From NCBI GenBank assembly GCA_951406725.2, contig OX597842.1, positions 11,160,001 through 11,224,000 of the forward strand: DNA of 64,000 bases, in the 5' to 3' direction. Source of the stretch: Octopus vulgaris. Taxonomy: Eukaryota. The stretch's first letter is position 1. The number at the start of each line of letters is the position of its first letter. The position numbers and the translations under genes were made by a program. The notes under the pieces are model-generated. The model did no database searches, was not told the origin of the DNA, and saw nothing but the letters and a program-made list of their open reading frames with translations. Of this stretch, positions 27,703 to 43,232 are shown in pieces.

Positions 27703-29232
27703 CCACTGACAGATGGGTCTTGTAATGTACGAATCACCCGGCCGGTTTCTCTGTCTGAAAATCCCAGTTTATCTAGATTCTCCTTTAAGCATTTACTAAA
27801 AAAACCTAAGTGCTCCAATTATTATTGGTATGAATATGAATTCATAGTCTGGATATAGAAGCTGGAGGTTTCGAAGCAGTTGTCCATAGATATCCTCATT
27901 TTCTTTGATTTTCAAAGAGATATTTATATCTTCAGGGCAGCTGACCTCTATGATGGCACAACCCTTGGCCCCTTTGTCTCAAAACAACAATATCTGGCAT
28001 GTTATGTTTACATTTGACAGAAGTTTTGATGGGAATTGGTGTTTATGAATGTATTCCATAACAGAGGGATTTTCCAAGTTTATTTCAGGACAGTCTTTTT
28101 TGCGGAAGGGAAGGTAAATTGTTTTAGCAACAACATCTTGCCACATATGGAGGTAGTACAGTGACGACATTTTAAGACGGATGCTAATCACATGTGTGAT
28201 GTCTTCCCCAGAAACATGACATAGCCTACACATGCGGTTGCACCTTGAGATTACAAGTGCGCCACTGTCTCTCTTGTTCACCAGGTACTTTGAGGCAATC
28301 TCCTGTTCCTGAATGGCAAACGCATAGCCTTCAAAATGAAATGTGATGTAGTGGTCTTGTGTCCAAGAAAAGCTACGCTTCGTGTCAGTTCTACTGCATT
28401 CTTCAAGCTTCCGGGCAACATACCCATGCATAGTCTATTTTTGTATGCTGAGTGCTTTCAATCCAGGTTTTCTCTGAGGTAAGAGAGCCCAGCTGTTTTG
28501 TGGCTGCATAGGAGATCATAAGGAAGATAGTTTTTCTTGAGGGCCTCACAGCCGACTCGTAGTATGTTGCTCACTTCACTTTTCAGGACTGCATTTATAT
28601 ATTTATTTTTGCTGCTGTTGTTTAGCAGATGCTGCCTGAGTGATACCATATGACATTCAAAGGCCGTCTGCACTGACCTCAGGCCTCTACCACCTTCATT
28701 TCTTCTTAGGCAGAACCTGTCAACATCACTGATTCTGTGGAAGTTTCCAGTTGGTGTCAAGATTTTCCGGGTTTCGATATCTATGGAGTGGATTTCCTCT
28801 ACAAACCAATCAAGAATCCCAAATGGTTGGGATCAGCACTGGTACAGCAAATGCATTGTGGGATATTGTTTTGTTGTAAGAGGAGGGTTCCGACTGCCAT
28901 ATTTTCCAAAGTCTGATGTAATATTCTCGGGTCATTTAATCTTTATTCACAGTGCCTTCATATAATAAATTTCGGTCTATTCTTAGGTACTTGTAACATT
29001 CTTTGTGTGGAATGGGGGAGACAGAGAGAGACCATTGATAAACAGGTTTTAGGTTTGGGGGACGGACATTCTTCGTTATATAACCAAATATGAACGTGTC
29101 TTTTGGCCACATTCCATGGCTATATTAGCTGAAAATATTAATTCTTGTTGTTTTTGGCATTGTTAACACTTTTAGCATAAATCTTCTGGTCGCCTGCAAA
29201 GAAATTATGAGTTACATTGATATTGCTAGCAT
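27703..29232 (-). pseudogene. R4/Dong-clade RLE non-LTR retrotransposon remnant (RT C-terminus, zinc knuckle, RLE)
   Basis: Minus strand: SDVDRFCLRRNEGGRGL, MHGY, EGYAFAIQEQEI, CRLCHVSGEDITHVIS (CCHC knuckle), IIEVSCPEDINIS.K..EK and IPIIIGALG. Many frameshifts. Confidence 0.85.
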
Positions 29233-29233
29233 C

Positions 29234-29960
29234 ATGTATGTATGTATGTATGTATGTATGTATGTATGTATGTATGTATGTATGTATGTATGTATGTATG
29301 TATGTATGTATGAATGTATGTATGTATGTATGTATTTATGTATGTATGTATGTATTTATGTATGTATGTATGTATGTATGTATGTGTGTAAGTATGTATG
29401 ATGTGTGTATGTATGTATGCATGTATGTAAGTGTATAAATGTATGTCTGTATGTATACGTGTATGTATGTGTGTATGTATGTATGCGTATGTATTTATGT
29501 ATGTATGTGTGTATGTATGTGTGTGTGTATGTATGTATGTATGCATATATGTTTGTATGTATTCATGTATGTAGGTATGTATGTATGTATGTCTGTGTGT
29601 AAGTATGTATGTATGTATGTATGTATGTGTGTATCTATCTATGTATGTATGTGTATGTATGTATGTATGTATATATATATGTATGTGTATGTATTTATGT
29701 ATGTATGTATGTATGAGTGTAAGTATGTATGTATGTATCTATGTATGTATGTAAGCATGTATGTATGTGTATGTATTTATGTATGTGTGTATGTGTGTAT
29801 TTATGTATGTATGTATGTATGTGTACGTATGTATGTATGTATGTGTATGCATGTATGTATATATGTATGTGGGTGTATGTATGTATGTATATACATACAT
29901 ACATACATACATACATAATACATACATACATAAATTCATACATACATACACACATTCATT
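29234..29960. repeat. (TATG)n microsatellite
   Basis: Visible directly. Confidence 0.95.
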
Positions 29961-30720
29961 GTGTGCGTGAGAGAAAGAGAGAGAGAAAAAAAAAGAATGA
30001 AAGAAAGAAAGAAAGAAGTAAAGAAAGAAAGAAAGAAAGAAAGAAAGAAAAATAAGAAAGAGAGATAATATATTTCAGGAAAGCTATGGTAGTAGACGTT
30101 CCAAATACGACCATCCACGACATAAGTTGCAAAAGAAAACCAAAAAAAATGTCTCTGCTGTGTATATATATTTCACAATTACTAACATTTGATCCTCAAA
30201 CATAGACGTTTGCCGTCTCTTCATTTATGTTCCAACGCAAAAACTTTGATTCATAATATTGGTAAAGTGGTTCTTTAACAAATGTTAGGTGTTGTTATTA
30301 GTCCTGACATTGTTGCTAATTATCGCATTGTTGTTTCATTGATGAATATACATACATACATATAAACACACATACATACATACATACATACATGCATACA
30401 TATATATATGTATATATATGTATATATATATATATATCCATGTACATTTATCTATGTACATACGTATGTTTACATAAGTATATATATACATATATATATC
30501 TATATGTATGTATGTATATATTTATATATTTATATATGTATATGTATATATGTATATATCTATATATATATATATTTATATATATATATATTTGTATGTA
30601 TGTATATATTTATATATATATATGTATATATCTATATATATATATATTGATATATATATTTGTATGTATATATGTATGTATATATTTTATATATATATAT
30701 GTATATATCTATATATATAT

Positions 30721-30802
<82 letters not shown>

Positions 30803-30805
30803 ATA

Positions 30806-30884
<79 letters not shown>

Positions 30885-31101
30885 GTATATGGATGTATGT
30901 TGTTGTCGCTCTTCTTCGTTCTACTTCAAAAGAAATCAGAGAAAGAGCAAAAACGCTTTTACATCGAAGTGAAACAAAAAATGTGGGCGACACAAAAGTA
31001 TATACAGATATATATTCATGTATGTGTGTATATATACATGTATATACGTATCTATGTGTATAAGGACCTATATATATATATATATATATGTGTGTATCTA
31101 C

Positions 31102-31136
<35 letters not shown>

Positions 31137-31148
31137 TATATGTGTGTG

Positions 31149-31189
<41 letters not shown>

Positions 31190-31243
31190 AATATGTATAT
31201 GTGTATATAAGTACTTATATATATATGGAGTTGTTTGGAATTA

Positions 31244-31293
<50 letters not shown>

Positions 31294-31528
31294 TGTATGT
31301 ATGTATTTGTGTGTGTGTGTGTGTATCGCAAAGAAAGTAAAAGAATCCTCCAAAACCGTGAATGGGTGTATATGTATATATATGTGTGTGTGTGCGTCTG
31401 TGTCTGTATGTGTGTGTGTATACATATTTATGCCTATGTATATATATATAAACAAATACATATATATATATTACTATGTACATCAACTGTGTTTTCATAT
31501 AAGTAAACAAATGAATTCATATATGTAG

Positions 31529-31560
<32 letters not shown>

Positions 31561-32225
31561 CTGTATTTATTTATATATTTATGTGTGTGTATGTGTACAT
31601 ACATATATATATATAAATATATATATATATCGATATATACACACACATACACACTTATATCCTATTTATCTTATATGCACGTAACTGTATACACCCAATA
31701 TGTAAACGTCAACTTTACACTCACACACGCAAACAAACGCACGCACACACACATACAAACACAAGCGCACACACACTAACATACCTACACACACACATAC
31801 ACCTAAATAGCTTTATATATATATATCCTATACGGCCGGCATGTCCTTTGTGCTTCTTAATTGTATTATGGTGTCCGGATAAACGTATTCAGGAACACAG
31901 CTTTAGAAGTATAATTAATATTATAATATATTCATAGATATTTGGACGTACATACATATATACGTTGGTGCGTGCTTGTGTGTGTGTGTGTGTATGCGTC
32001 GGTGTGTGTGTGTGTGTTGTAGCTTTTATTACAGCTAGCCAACCCGTTATTACACGAGGGTGACGTACAGACAGACACAAAGACAAGCTAATGAATTTAA
32101 CGAAGGGAGGAATACATGATTACATTATATTGTCTACGAAAACAATGCCGAGGTGAACATAGACACGTTCAACTATGGAATACGCACGCACACACTCACA
32201 CATAAATACATATATATATGGACAA

Positions 32226-32272
<47 letters not shown>

Positions 32273-32313
32273 CACATATATATGTATATAAGTATATATG
32301 TGGACATATGTAT

Positions 32314-32414
<101 letters not shown>

Positions 32415-32859
32415 TGTATATATATATAAGTATATATAAGTATAAAAATATGTACCGATAAATTTTTATATATACTTATATGTTTGTGTACATATATACA
32501 TATAAGTATATATACATGTTATATAAACATGTATATATATTAGTATTTATATATATATATATAGATATACGCACATAGATATATATTTGTAATCAATGTA
32601 TAATTACTAATGGGTTTAGATAACTGTGTGTATCTATATACACATATACATAAATATTTACATACATCCATCTATATATATATTCATCAGTATCATTATA
32701 TATATATAAATACATATTTAGATGCATGTATGTATGCCCATCTACGTATGTGTGTGTGTGCATGTGTGCGTGCGCGTGTGTGTGCGTTTCTTTGTATATA
32801 TATATATATTCATATGTATATATGTATATATATACGTACATATATACATATATACATAC

Positions 32860-32922
<63 letters not shown>

Positions 32923-33674
32923 CGTTTCTATATATGTATATATGTACGTATATATATACATATATATATATACGTCATATACGTGAACATATATTTATAA
33001 ACACATATATACACGCATGTTTTGGGAAACTTTATGCATATAAATATAAATATAAAAAATATATATGTTATATACACACATACATACACACATAAGTATG
33101 TGTACATGAATATATGCGTATACATATATATGCGATTATATATATATATATATATGCTTATATTTATATATACATTCATATATATACACCATTTATTACA
33201 TCTAAGAAACATCGCTAACTCATTGTGTAACGCAAATAAAATAATTTGGTAGAGTTTTTGAAGGCTTGCTGAAATATAGTAACGCTTTTGCATTAGTATA
33301 TAGGGTCTGTTTGGATAGTATCTTCTATAGGTGTGCATGACTTTCAAAATACATAAGATTATGTGTATGCATATATATATATATATATGTGTGTATGCGG
33401 GTTTGTGTGCGTGACAGAGTGATTACGTGTTCGTAGAGTAGATGAAACCATGGCGACTGAAGAAGAGGTATTTTTCCTTGTGTTATTTGTCCTGTATACT
33501 ATTTTTTTGTTGTTTAAGAAAAATGTCCAGTTCCTTGGGTTTGTGTCAATGTTTTCGTTTCTCATTGTGTTCGACGTTTTTTTGGTGTCCTGTACTCATA
33601 TATGCGTGTATATATACATGTAGAGGTAGGTACGTACATATATGTATATATATATGCATATGTTTTATTTATTA

Positions 33675-33721
<47 letters not shown>

Positions 33722-33723
<2 letters not shown>

Positions 33724-33975
33724 CGGAGATGTACTTCCATAGCAAGTGATTTGATCTGAGATCGTGTGTTGGAACGAAAACAATTGCAGCGTGGAAGGTG
33801 TATTTAAGCCATTTAAGAAACACACAAGATGCAGCACGGATTTTGTCAGTGAACAGGTCGCGGTCTTATAGCGAAGAAAATATTTTGACAAATGAAACTT
33901 AAATGTTGAAGTGAATCGAACGGCTTTTGTGTGTTTCTTAAATGGCTTACAAACACCTTCCACGCTGCAATTGTT
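33722..33975. mobile_element. Short fold-back element between (TA)n tracts
   Basis: 49-bp inverted repeat at 33779-33827 / 33927-33975 with 2 mismatches. Inner stem TTTGTCA/TGACAAA. Confidence 0.75.
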
Positions 33976-34229
33976 ATATATATATATATATATATATATA
34001 TAGCTGTCGATCAAGTAGTGTGGAGCGACTGACCTCCCTTGTTCGAAGGTTATATGGATAAAGTTTGTGTATCAAATAGCTAACTTAAGGCGATGGCCTC
34101 ATGGAGCTAATAAGCGGACAGCTTTATTCTTATTTTTATAAGAATGCCATATTAGTATGGCGATAACTATTAATTTCCAGGAACGCTGCCGTGTTCTCTT
34201 TTAGAGAGACTTAGTAATTTTAATATTTC

Positions 34230-34325
<96 letters not shown>

Positions 34326-34447
34326 GGTTAATCCAAACGAGAAAACAGAAAAAACGACAACACAAGGAGGTGGAACAATTAAAGTATTATTATTAGGCGC
34401 TCAGGAAAAAGGGAAGAAGGAGGGTATGACGTTTCGAATGGAGCTCT

Positions 34448-34542
<95 letters not shown>

Positions 34543-34590
34543 TTGATCGATCTCTCTCAATTTGTGTATATACATATATATATATATGTA

Positions 34591-35020
34591 GGCGCAGGAG
34601 TGGCTGTGTGGTAAGTGGCTTGCTAACCAACCACATGGTTCCGGGTTCAGTCCCACTGCGTGGCATCTTGGGCAAGTGTCTTCTGCTATAGCCCCGGGCC
34701 GACCAATGCCTTGTGAGTGGATTTGGTAGACGGAAACTGAAAGAAGCCTGTCGTATATATGTGTATATATATATATGTATATATATATATATGTATGTGT
34801 ATGTATGTGTTTGTGTGTCTGTGTTTGTGCCCCTAGCATTGCTTGACAACCGATGCTGGTGTGTTTACGTCCCCGTCACTTAGCGGTTCGGCAAAAGAGA
34901 CCGATAGAATAAGTACTGAGCTTACAAAAGTATAAGTCCCGGGGTCGAGTTGCTCGATTAAAGGTGGTGCTCCAGCATGGCCGCAGTCAAATGACTGAAA
35001 CAAGTAAAAGAGTAAAAGAG
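34591..35020 (+). mobile_element. SINE family A, full length
   Basis: GGCGCAGGAGTGGCTGTGTGG...TGAAACAAGTAAAAGAGTAAAAGAG. Confidence 0.93.
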
Positions 35021-35040
35021 TATATATATGCACATATACA

Positions 35041-35995
35041 CAGGGTGGGGCAAAAGTAGTCTTACAATATGTATAGTTGTATATTTTATGTTTTTTATCT
35101 CATAAAACATTATTCCCGTAAACGCTGAAAATGAGCAATCATACATTCTTGGAGTCTATCAGCCAACCTGCAACACACAGGACGACACGGATCCAGGTTG
35201 GTGTTGATTTCCAGGCAGGCCTCTATAATGAACCTGCGTACTCGAAGCAGAGTGCGTGGTTTTCTCAGGAAAATCAGAAAAAATAAATCCATGAAGAAGA
35301 TCCTGGAAGGAATTGTGCCAAGTTTTGGCATTGTAAGCTACACCAACGCTAGAACGGGACGACACTGCATAGTGCCAAAGATCCCAGCAATGTCATCACG
35401 CTTCAGGACCAGCTTCTGCAACAGCCTGGGTTTCAAGGGCCCACAGCTTTTTAATATTCTCCCAAAGAGTCTGAGGAACTTGCACAAAGTAGATGTAGGG
35501 GTTTTTAAATCAAAGCTGGAAATCTTCCTGTCAAGAGTCCCAGATGAACCTACATCACGGCAGGAGATGCAAATGAGAGTAGCTATATCAAACTCCATTC
35601 TTCACCAAGTGCCACATATTAGACGAGGTTCTTCGTAATAACAGTGTAGCACAAAACAGCGGTGCATCAGCATGGCCGCAGCTCTGAGCTGAAACTAGAA
35701 AAGAAAAAATGGGCGTTAGGTGTGGGGTACGGGCGGCCATTGAATACTCCTACCTCGCCCAGTCCACATACCCGGGAGCGTTTCACTGAGGAAATTACGC
35801 GCATGAACTGCATAATGCGGTGATACCCCATCCTGTTGCAATAACACACCACCAAAGTAAGACATGTCCTGCATTGCGGAGTCCATCCCCTTGCACAAAA
35901 TTTCATGGTCGTTATAACCATTAAGTTTGCCCTCAAAAATGACAGGCCAAAGGACTCCTGAACACGACAGATATACAAGTGTTATCCTTCTTTTG
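35041..35995 (-). mobile_element. Tc1/mariner (rosa/DD41D-like) remnant split by a LINE fragment
   Basis: TIR CAGGGTGGGGCAAAAGTAG. Minus-strand QQDGVSPHY...WTGRG..IQWPP..LTP|MDLFF rejoins across the insertion. Confidence 0.75.
35294..35708 (+). mobile_element. CR1/L2-group LINE 3' fragment (same group as 48165-50715)
   Basis: KILEGIVPSFGI...RTGRHCIVPK...NSLGFKGPQLFN...VPDEP and 3' GCGGTGCATCAGCATGGCC..CTGAAAC. An ATG duplication flanks it at 35291-35293 and 35709-35711. Confidence 0.9.
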
Positions 35996-35996
35996 C

Positions 35997-36341
35997 ATCA
36001 AAGATTCCAAAATCACCATCAAAATACAGGACCAGATACTGCAACAGCTTGGGTTTCAGAGGACCACAGCTCTTTAACGTCCTCCCTAAATGCCTGAGAG
36101 ACTTTCATGGTGTGGATGTGGGTTTCTTTAAACCTAAATTGGATCTCTTCTTGCCGGGGGTCCCAGATGAACCTACCTCACGACAGGAGACGCAGATGCG
36201 GGCAGCAGCATCGAACCCCCTTGTTGATCAAGTGCCACGTATCAGAGGTGGATTCACATATTAGTGTAGCTCATTCAACGGTGGTGCCCCAGCATGGCCG
36301 TGGCCTTCGGGCTAAAACATTTTTAAGGATTTAAGGATTTA
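35997..36341 (+). mobile_element. CR1/L2-group LINE 3' fragment with (TTTAAGGA)n tail
   Basis: YCNSLGFRGPQLFNVLP...VPDEP and GGTGCCCCAGCATGGCC...GGCTAAAAC. Confidence 0.88.
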
Positions 36342-36344
36342 TAT

Positions 36345-37388
36345 ACATATATATATATATATATACATACATACATGCAAACATACATACATATATACAT
36401 TCATACATACATTCATACATACACACATATACATACATACATACATACATACATACATACATACATACATACATACATACATACATACATACATAAATAC
36501 ATACATACATACATACACACGACAACACGACAACACGAAGCGACAAGTCGCGTATTTAGCGCGGCAGACTATCGAAAAATACGATAAATACCAAATCCAA
36601 ATTTAGAGCCAGAAGCGTCAGCTTTGTTAAATAACTGGTTTATCTTGAGATGAATTAAATGAAGAAGTATTTTTAAAGAAGATCATAGTGACATTCGCGT
36701 AAAGCTTTAAATTACTGTGAAGAGAGGTGACTTGCAAGAAACATGGCTGGATACGTACGTACATACATACATACATATATACATACACACATACATACGT
36801 ACACACATACACGCATACACACATACATACACACATACATACATACATACATGCATACACACATACATACATACATACATACATACATACATACATACAT
36901 GCATACAAACATACATACATACATACATTCATACATGCATGCATGCATACATACATACATACATACATACATACACACATACATATATATACACACATAC
37001 ATACGTACACACATACATACATACAGTCATACATACATACACACATACATACATACATACATACATACATACATACATACATACATACATACATACATAC
37101 ATACATACACACACACATACATACATACATACATACATACATACATACATACATACATACATACATACATACATACATACATACATACATACATACATAC
37201 ACACATACATACATACATACATACATACATACATACATACATACATACGTACATACATACATACACACACACACATACATACATACACACACACACATAC
37301 ATACATACATACATACATACACACACACATACATACATGCATGCATGCATACATACATACATACATACATACATACATACATACATGT
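36345..37388. repeat. (CATA)n microsatellite tracts
   Basis: Visible directly. Confidence 0.95.
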
Positions 37389-37451
37389 ATGAGAGTATTG
37401 GTAATTAAATATATAATTCAGATGTCGACCTCATCGGAATTTGAACCAAGG

Positions 37452-37857
37452 TAAACAGCACATGACCTTGCAGGTGGGGCCCAGTTAGAATTTTCTTCAG
37501 GTTGAGTAGCCCATCCCACTCAAAAGGTCCCTGAATAAGGGTTGTTTAAGGATGTTGAACGAAACAGCCATGTTTCCAAAGGTGAATTAGTCACACCCCA
37601 AAGAATCCCTCTCAACACATGGCTATGATGTGCCCCCACTACTTCTGCTCGTGATCAGAGATGCACATATCGTCAGCCACTAAGGGACATGCTCAACTGG
37701 TTAAGGTCAAACAACTGACAAGCAAATCTGTGGTATTGAGCAAAATATTTGCTGTAGCCCATCTGTTATACCAAGACAAAACAATGTACATGATAACACT
37801 TCCAATCAGTTAAGATCAGAAGCCATGAGAGCCACTGCCTGGTACTGCTTCAGGGCA

Positions 37858-37858
<1 letters not shown>
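37452..37858 (-). mobile_element. (TAA)n-associated repeat, truncated copy of 8527-9071
   Basis: High identity to 8675-9071 and runs directly into (TTA)n at 37858-38500. Confidence 0.85.
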
Positions 37859-38525
<667 letters not shown>

Positions 38526-38977
38526 TGCTGACGCCGATAGCTAGAATGTGAGGAGAATGGAAAGAAAGAGTTTGTGGATGAAGAGAGAAGAAGGAAATTA
38601 GAACAGAATCCGGGGTGGATGAACTTGGGGAAGGAGATACTAATGTATGAGTGATGTCCAAGATGGCGGACTTAAAAGAGAGACGAGAGACAAAGAGGGT
38701 ATTGTAATGAGGTTGCTTAACATTATATAACATTGAAATAAATGAATGGATGCGTATACATATATAAATGTGTGTATATGTGTGTGTATATCTGTTCGTG
38801 GTTCTGTGTATGTGTATGTCTATGTATATATGTATATGTGTGAGTTTGTGGGTGTGTGCGTGTATGCGTGTGTGTATGTGTGTAAATACAAATATACAGG
38901 AATGATGGTGTGTATTTCCATGTGTGTATACGTGTATGTATATATATATATATGTGTATGTTTGTGTATGGCTGTGT

Positions 38978-39011
<34 letters not shown>

Positions 39012-39099
39012 GATGGTTACGCTTATTTTAACACACATACATATATAGGAATGTGTGTTTATCCATATGTATTGATATAGAAATGTATAATATATATAC

Positions 39100-39139
<40 letters not shown>

Positions 39140-39222
39140 ATATGTATATATGTATATATTTATATATGTACATATACATACATATACATATATACCTAGT
39201 TATATTTACATATTCAAATATA

Positions 39223-39262
<40 letters not shown>

Positions 39263-39416
39263 TATATATACATATGTATAAGCATGTACATATGTATATG
39301 TATGTATATATGTATGTATGTATATATGTATGTATTTATATACATTTTTAGAAGAATTCAAATAAATGGATGAAGAGGCGCTCCTCTTTATCTCATTCAC
39401 TATGTATGTCTATATA

Positions 39417-39475
<59 letters not shown>

Positions 39476-39607
39476 GCACATACACACAGGTAGAGAAACT
39501 GAGACATAATTACATACAAACAGAGAAGAATGTGTTTGTGTGAAAAATAATCAACGGTTCTTAGAAAATTAATAAGTTACGTAAACATCGAAATTAGTGT
39601 ATGTATA

Positions 39608-39665
<58 letters not shown>

Positions 39666-39700
39666 ATATATAAACACAGGTATATGTCTGTGTGTGATTG

Positions 39701-39801
<101 letters not shown>

Positions 39802-40000
39802 ATATATATATGCAATTATGTATACATATGAACATATTTGGTTACATATAAATAAATATATATTCGTATACTATATATGCAAGTATATATATATATATAT
39901 GTGTCTGTGTGTATGTGTGTGTTTCTCTATGTGTGTGTGTGTATTCATATAAAATATTACCAGAATCATTTGCTTTCATATATATTTATACACGCACCCA

Positions 40001-40041
<41 letters not shown>

Positions 40042-41535
40042 GGGGTGAGTGACTATGTATAGAAGTATATACGCACATATATATATATGTGTGTGTGTAA
40101 GTGTGCCTGCATAATAATTAAATATATATATATACATGCATACAAGTGTATATATATTTATATTTGTATATATATATTTCTCTCTATATATATACACACA
40201 CACATATATTCAAGATATATTATTATGTGTTTCATATATATATATATATACGCGTTAGTAGTAGTTACTGGTGTATATATACATAACAATATACGGACAT
40301 ATACATATGCATACACGCCCAATATGAACATGACATCATAATTAATACTGATGATGCGTGTCTACTTAATTACCCACCTTCAGCAAATTGCTTTGTTCAA
40401 CTTTTGTGTTGTTGGCTGTCAACAATAGCTGAGAATATTCCAAACACCGCCACATTAACCCGCCATCCCAACCCTTCCACCTTCTGCCGCCTTTTTCCGT
40501 CACCTCCCTACTTCTTTCTCCTTCTGTTCTCTCTTCTCTTCCTGTTTACCTGTTACCTTTTCTACATCCCTTTATTGATGATAGTGTTATGCCTACTTTT
40601 TATTCAGCTTCACCTCCGGTTTCTCACTTTTCCTCTTCAGCGTTTCTCATCATTACATTTCTATCTTTCTTTCTTCCTTTCTTTCTTAATTTTTTTTTTC
40701 ATTCTACTCGTCTTTGCTTTCCCATCTTCCTCTTTCTTTCGCTACATCTACCACTCCGTGGTTAGCTCTTACTCTCCGCTGCTCCTTCGGCCTCTTTCTA
40801 AACTCCTACGCTTTATCTCATCTCCATCATCATCATCATCATCATCATCACCACCAATCATCATCATCTGCATTGTCTTCAGAGTCACAGCACCTAGATG
40901 TACTTAGCCAAAGTTTATATGTATGTACATTTTCCCACGCCCGTCTCCGCGGGACCACTCTTCCATCTTCCCCTCAGCTGGAGTCCTTTTTCCTTAACCC
41001 CCCTTTTTGTTACACACACGCGCACACATATACACACATTGCTTAAATATATACATTACTCTTACACACATTCAATCTACTCGCCATTAATACTACCACG
41101 ACACTAGACACACACACACACTACAACTCAACACACGCTGGCACGCTACATACACCCCCACCCCTTCCCCTCCCTCCCTTCCTCCTTCCTTCTTTTTCTT
41201 ACTACTGACCTTTGTCTGCTATGCCGACCACTGTCTCGCCCTACCTCACACGCCTACACACAGACGCACACACTAACACATACATATATTTTTTGTTTTT
41301 TTATCTCGCCTCACACACACACATACACACACGCACACGCACACACTCACACATACACACACATCTGTTGCGTTACCAACCTTGTCTCCACTCTTTTGCC
41401 TTTAAAAACCTACTTTGCTCTTGTTATCGTAAACTTCCGCCTTTCACCATGTGTAACTCGTAAACACCAGTCGTTTTTTTCTCTATCCCTGTTGCCCGCT
41501 TTGGGATCTTTCTTTCCTCTCTCTTCCTTCTTTAT

Positions 41536-41570
41536 GTTTCCGACGAAGAGCTCCGCTCGAAACGTCATAC
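41536..41570 (+). ncRNA. Minimal hammerhead motif in a family G repeat (about 41470-41665)
   Basis: gttt-CCGACGA-a-gagc/tcc/gctc-GAAAC-GTC-atac, with one mismatch in stem I. Confidence 0.6.
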
Positions 41571-41660
41571 CCTCCTGCTTCCATTTCCTGAGCGCCTATT
41601 AATAATAATACTGTAATTGTTCCATTGTTGTTGTTTTTTTGTTTTCCCGTTTGGATTAAG

Positions 41661-41793
<133 letters not shown>

Positions 41794-41878
41794 TATATAC
41801 CTATATATATACCTATATATATATATATACCTATATATATATATGTATATGTATGTATCTATATGTATGTATGCATGT

Positions 41879-41909
<31 letters not shown>

Positions 41910-41975
41910 AATATATATTTGTGCTTGTGTTTACATTTACACACACATGCTTCTCCATATCCATATACGTGTATG

Positions 41976-42028
<53 letters not shown>

Positions 42029-42072
42029 CTGTGTGTATTTGTATTGATATATTCATATGCAAATATAAATAT

Positions 42073-42234
<162 letters not shown>

Positions 42235-42493
42235 ATGTACTTGTTTACGTTATTGTCCATGAGTCTGTACGCTGACGAAGCTATCACAATGCCTTCATTT
42301 CTGCCTGCAGTGCTTTCACACTTTGCGTCTTAAGCGAGAAATTGTCTCCATTACAAACTGCAAGGAGAAGCCATTTCGGATTCGAACAGCTTCCAAACAC
42401 ACCTCTCTTCATTTTGTGTAATTCACTTCACTACTTTGCGAAACACTGGAATATATATGTGTGTGTGTATCTATCTCTCTCTCTCTCTATATA

Positions 42494-42539
<46 letters not shown>

Positions 42540-42558
42540 CATACATATATATATATAC

Positions 42559-42589
<31 letters not shown>

Positions 42590-42644
42590 CATACATATAT
42601 GTGTATATATATATGCAATATGTATATACATATATATGTGTGTG

Positions 42645-42675
<31 letters not shown>

Positions 42676-42743
42676 GTGTTATTTATATATATATGTTATA
42701 TATATATATGTGTGTGTGTATATATATGTACATATATATGTAT

Positions 42744-42793
<50 letters not shown>

Positions 42794-42901
42794 CATACAT
42801 ATAAGCTTTGGCTAAGTACATCTGGGAGCTGACTCTGAAGACAATGAATGTGATGATGATTTTGCTGATGATGAGAGAAAGTTAGCTAGATAAAAAGTTA
42901 T

Positions 42902-42932
<31 letters not shown>

Positions 42933-43016
42933 CTTAGATATATACTTGCATATATAGTATACGAATATATACTTATTTATATGACACCAAATATGTTTCT
43001 AGGTACACATAATTGC

Positions 43017-43076
<60 letters not shown>

Positions 43077-43158
43077 CATTAATCACACACAGACATATAC
43101 GTGTGTATATATACATATATATACATACATATATATATATAAGTATATAGATAGATAC

Positions 43159-43232
<74 letters not shown>

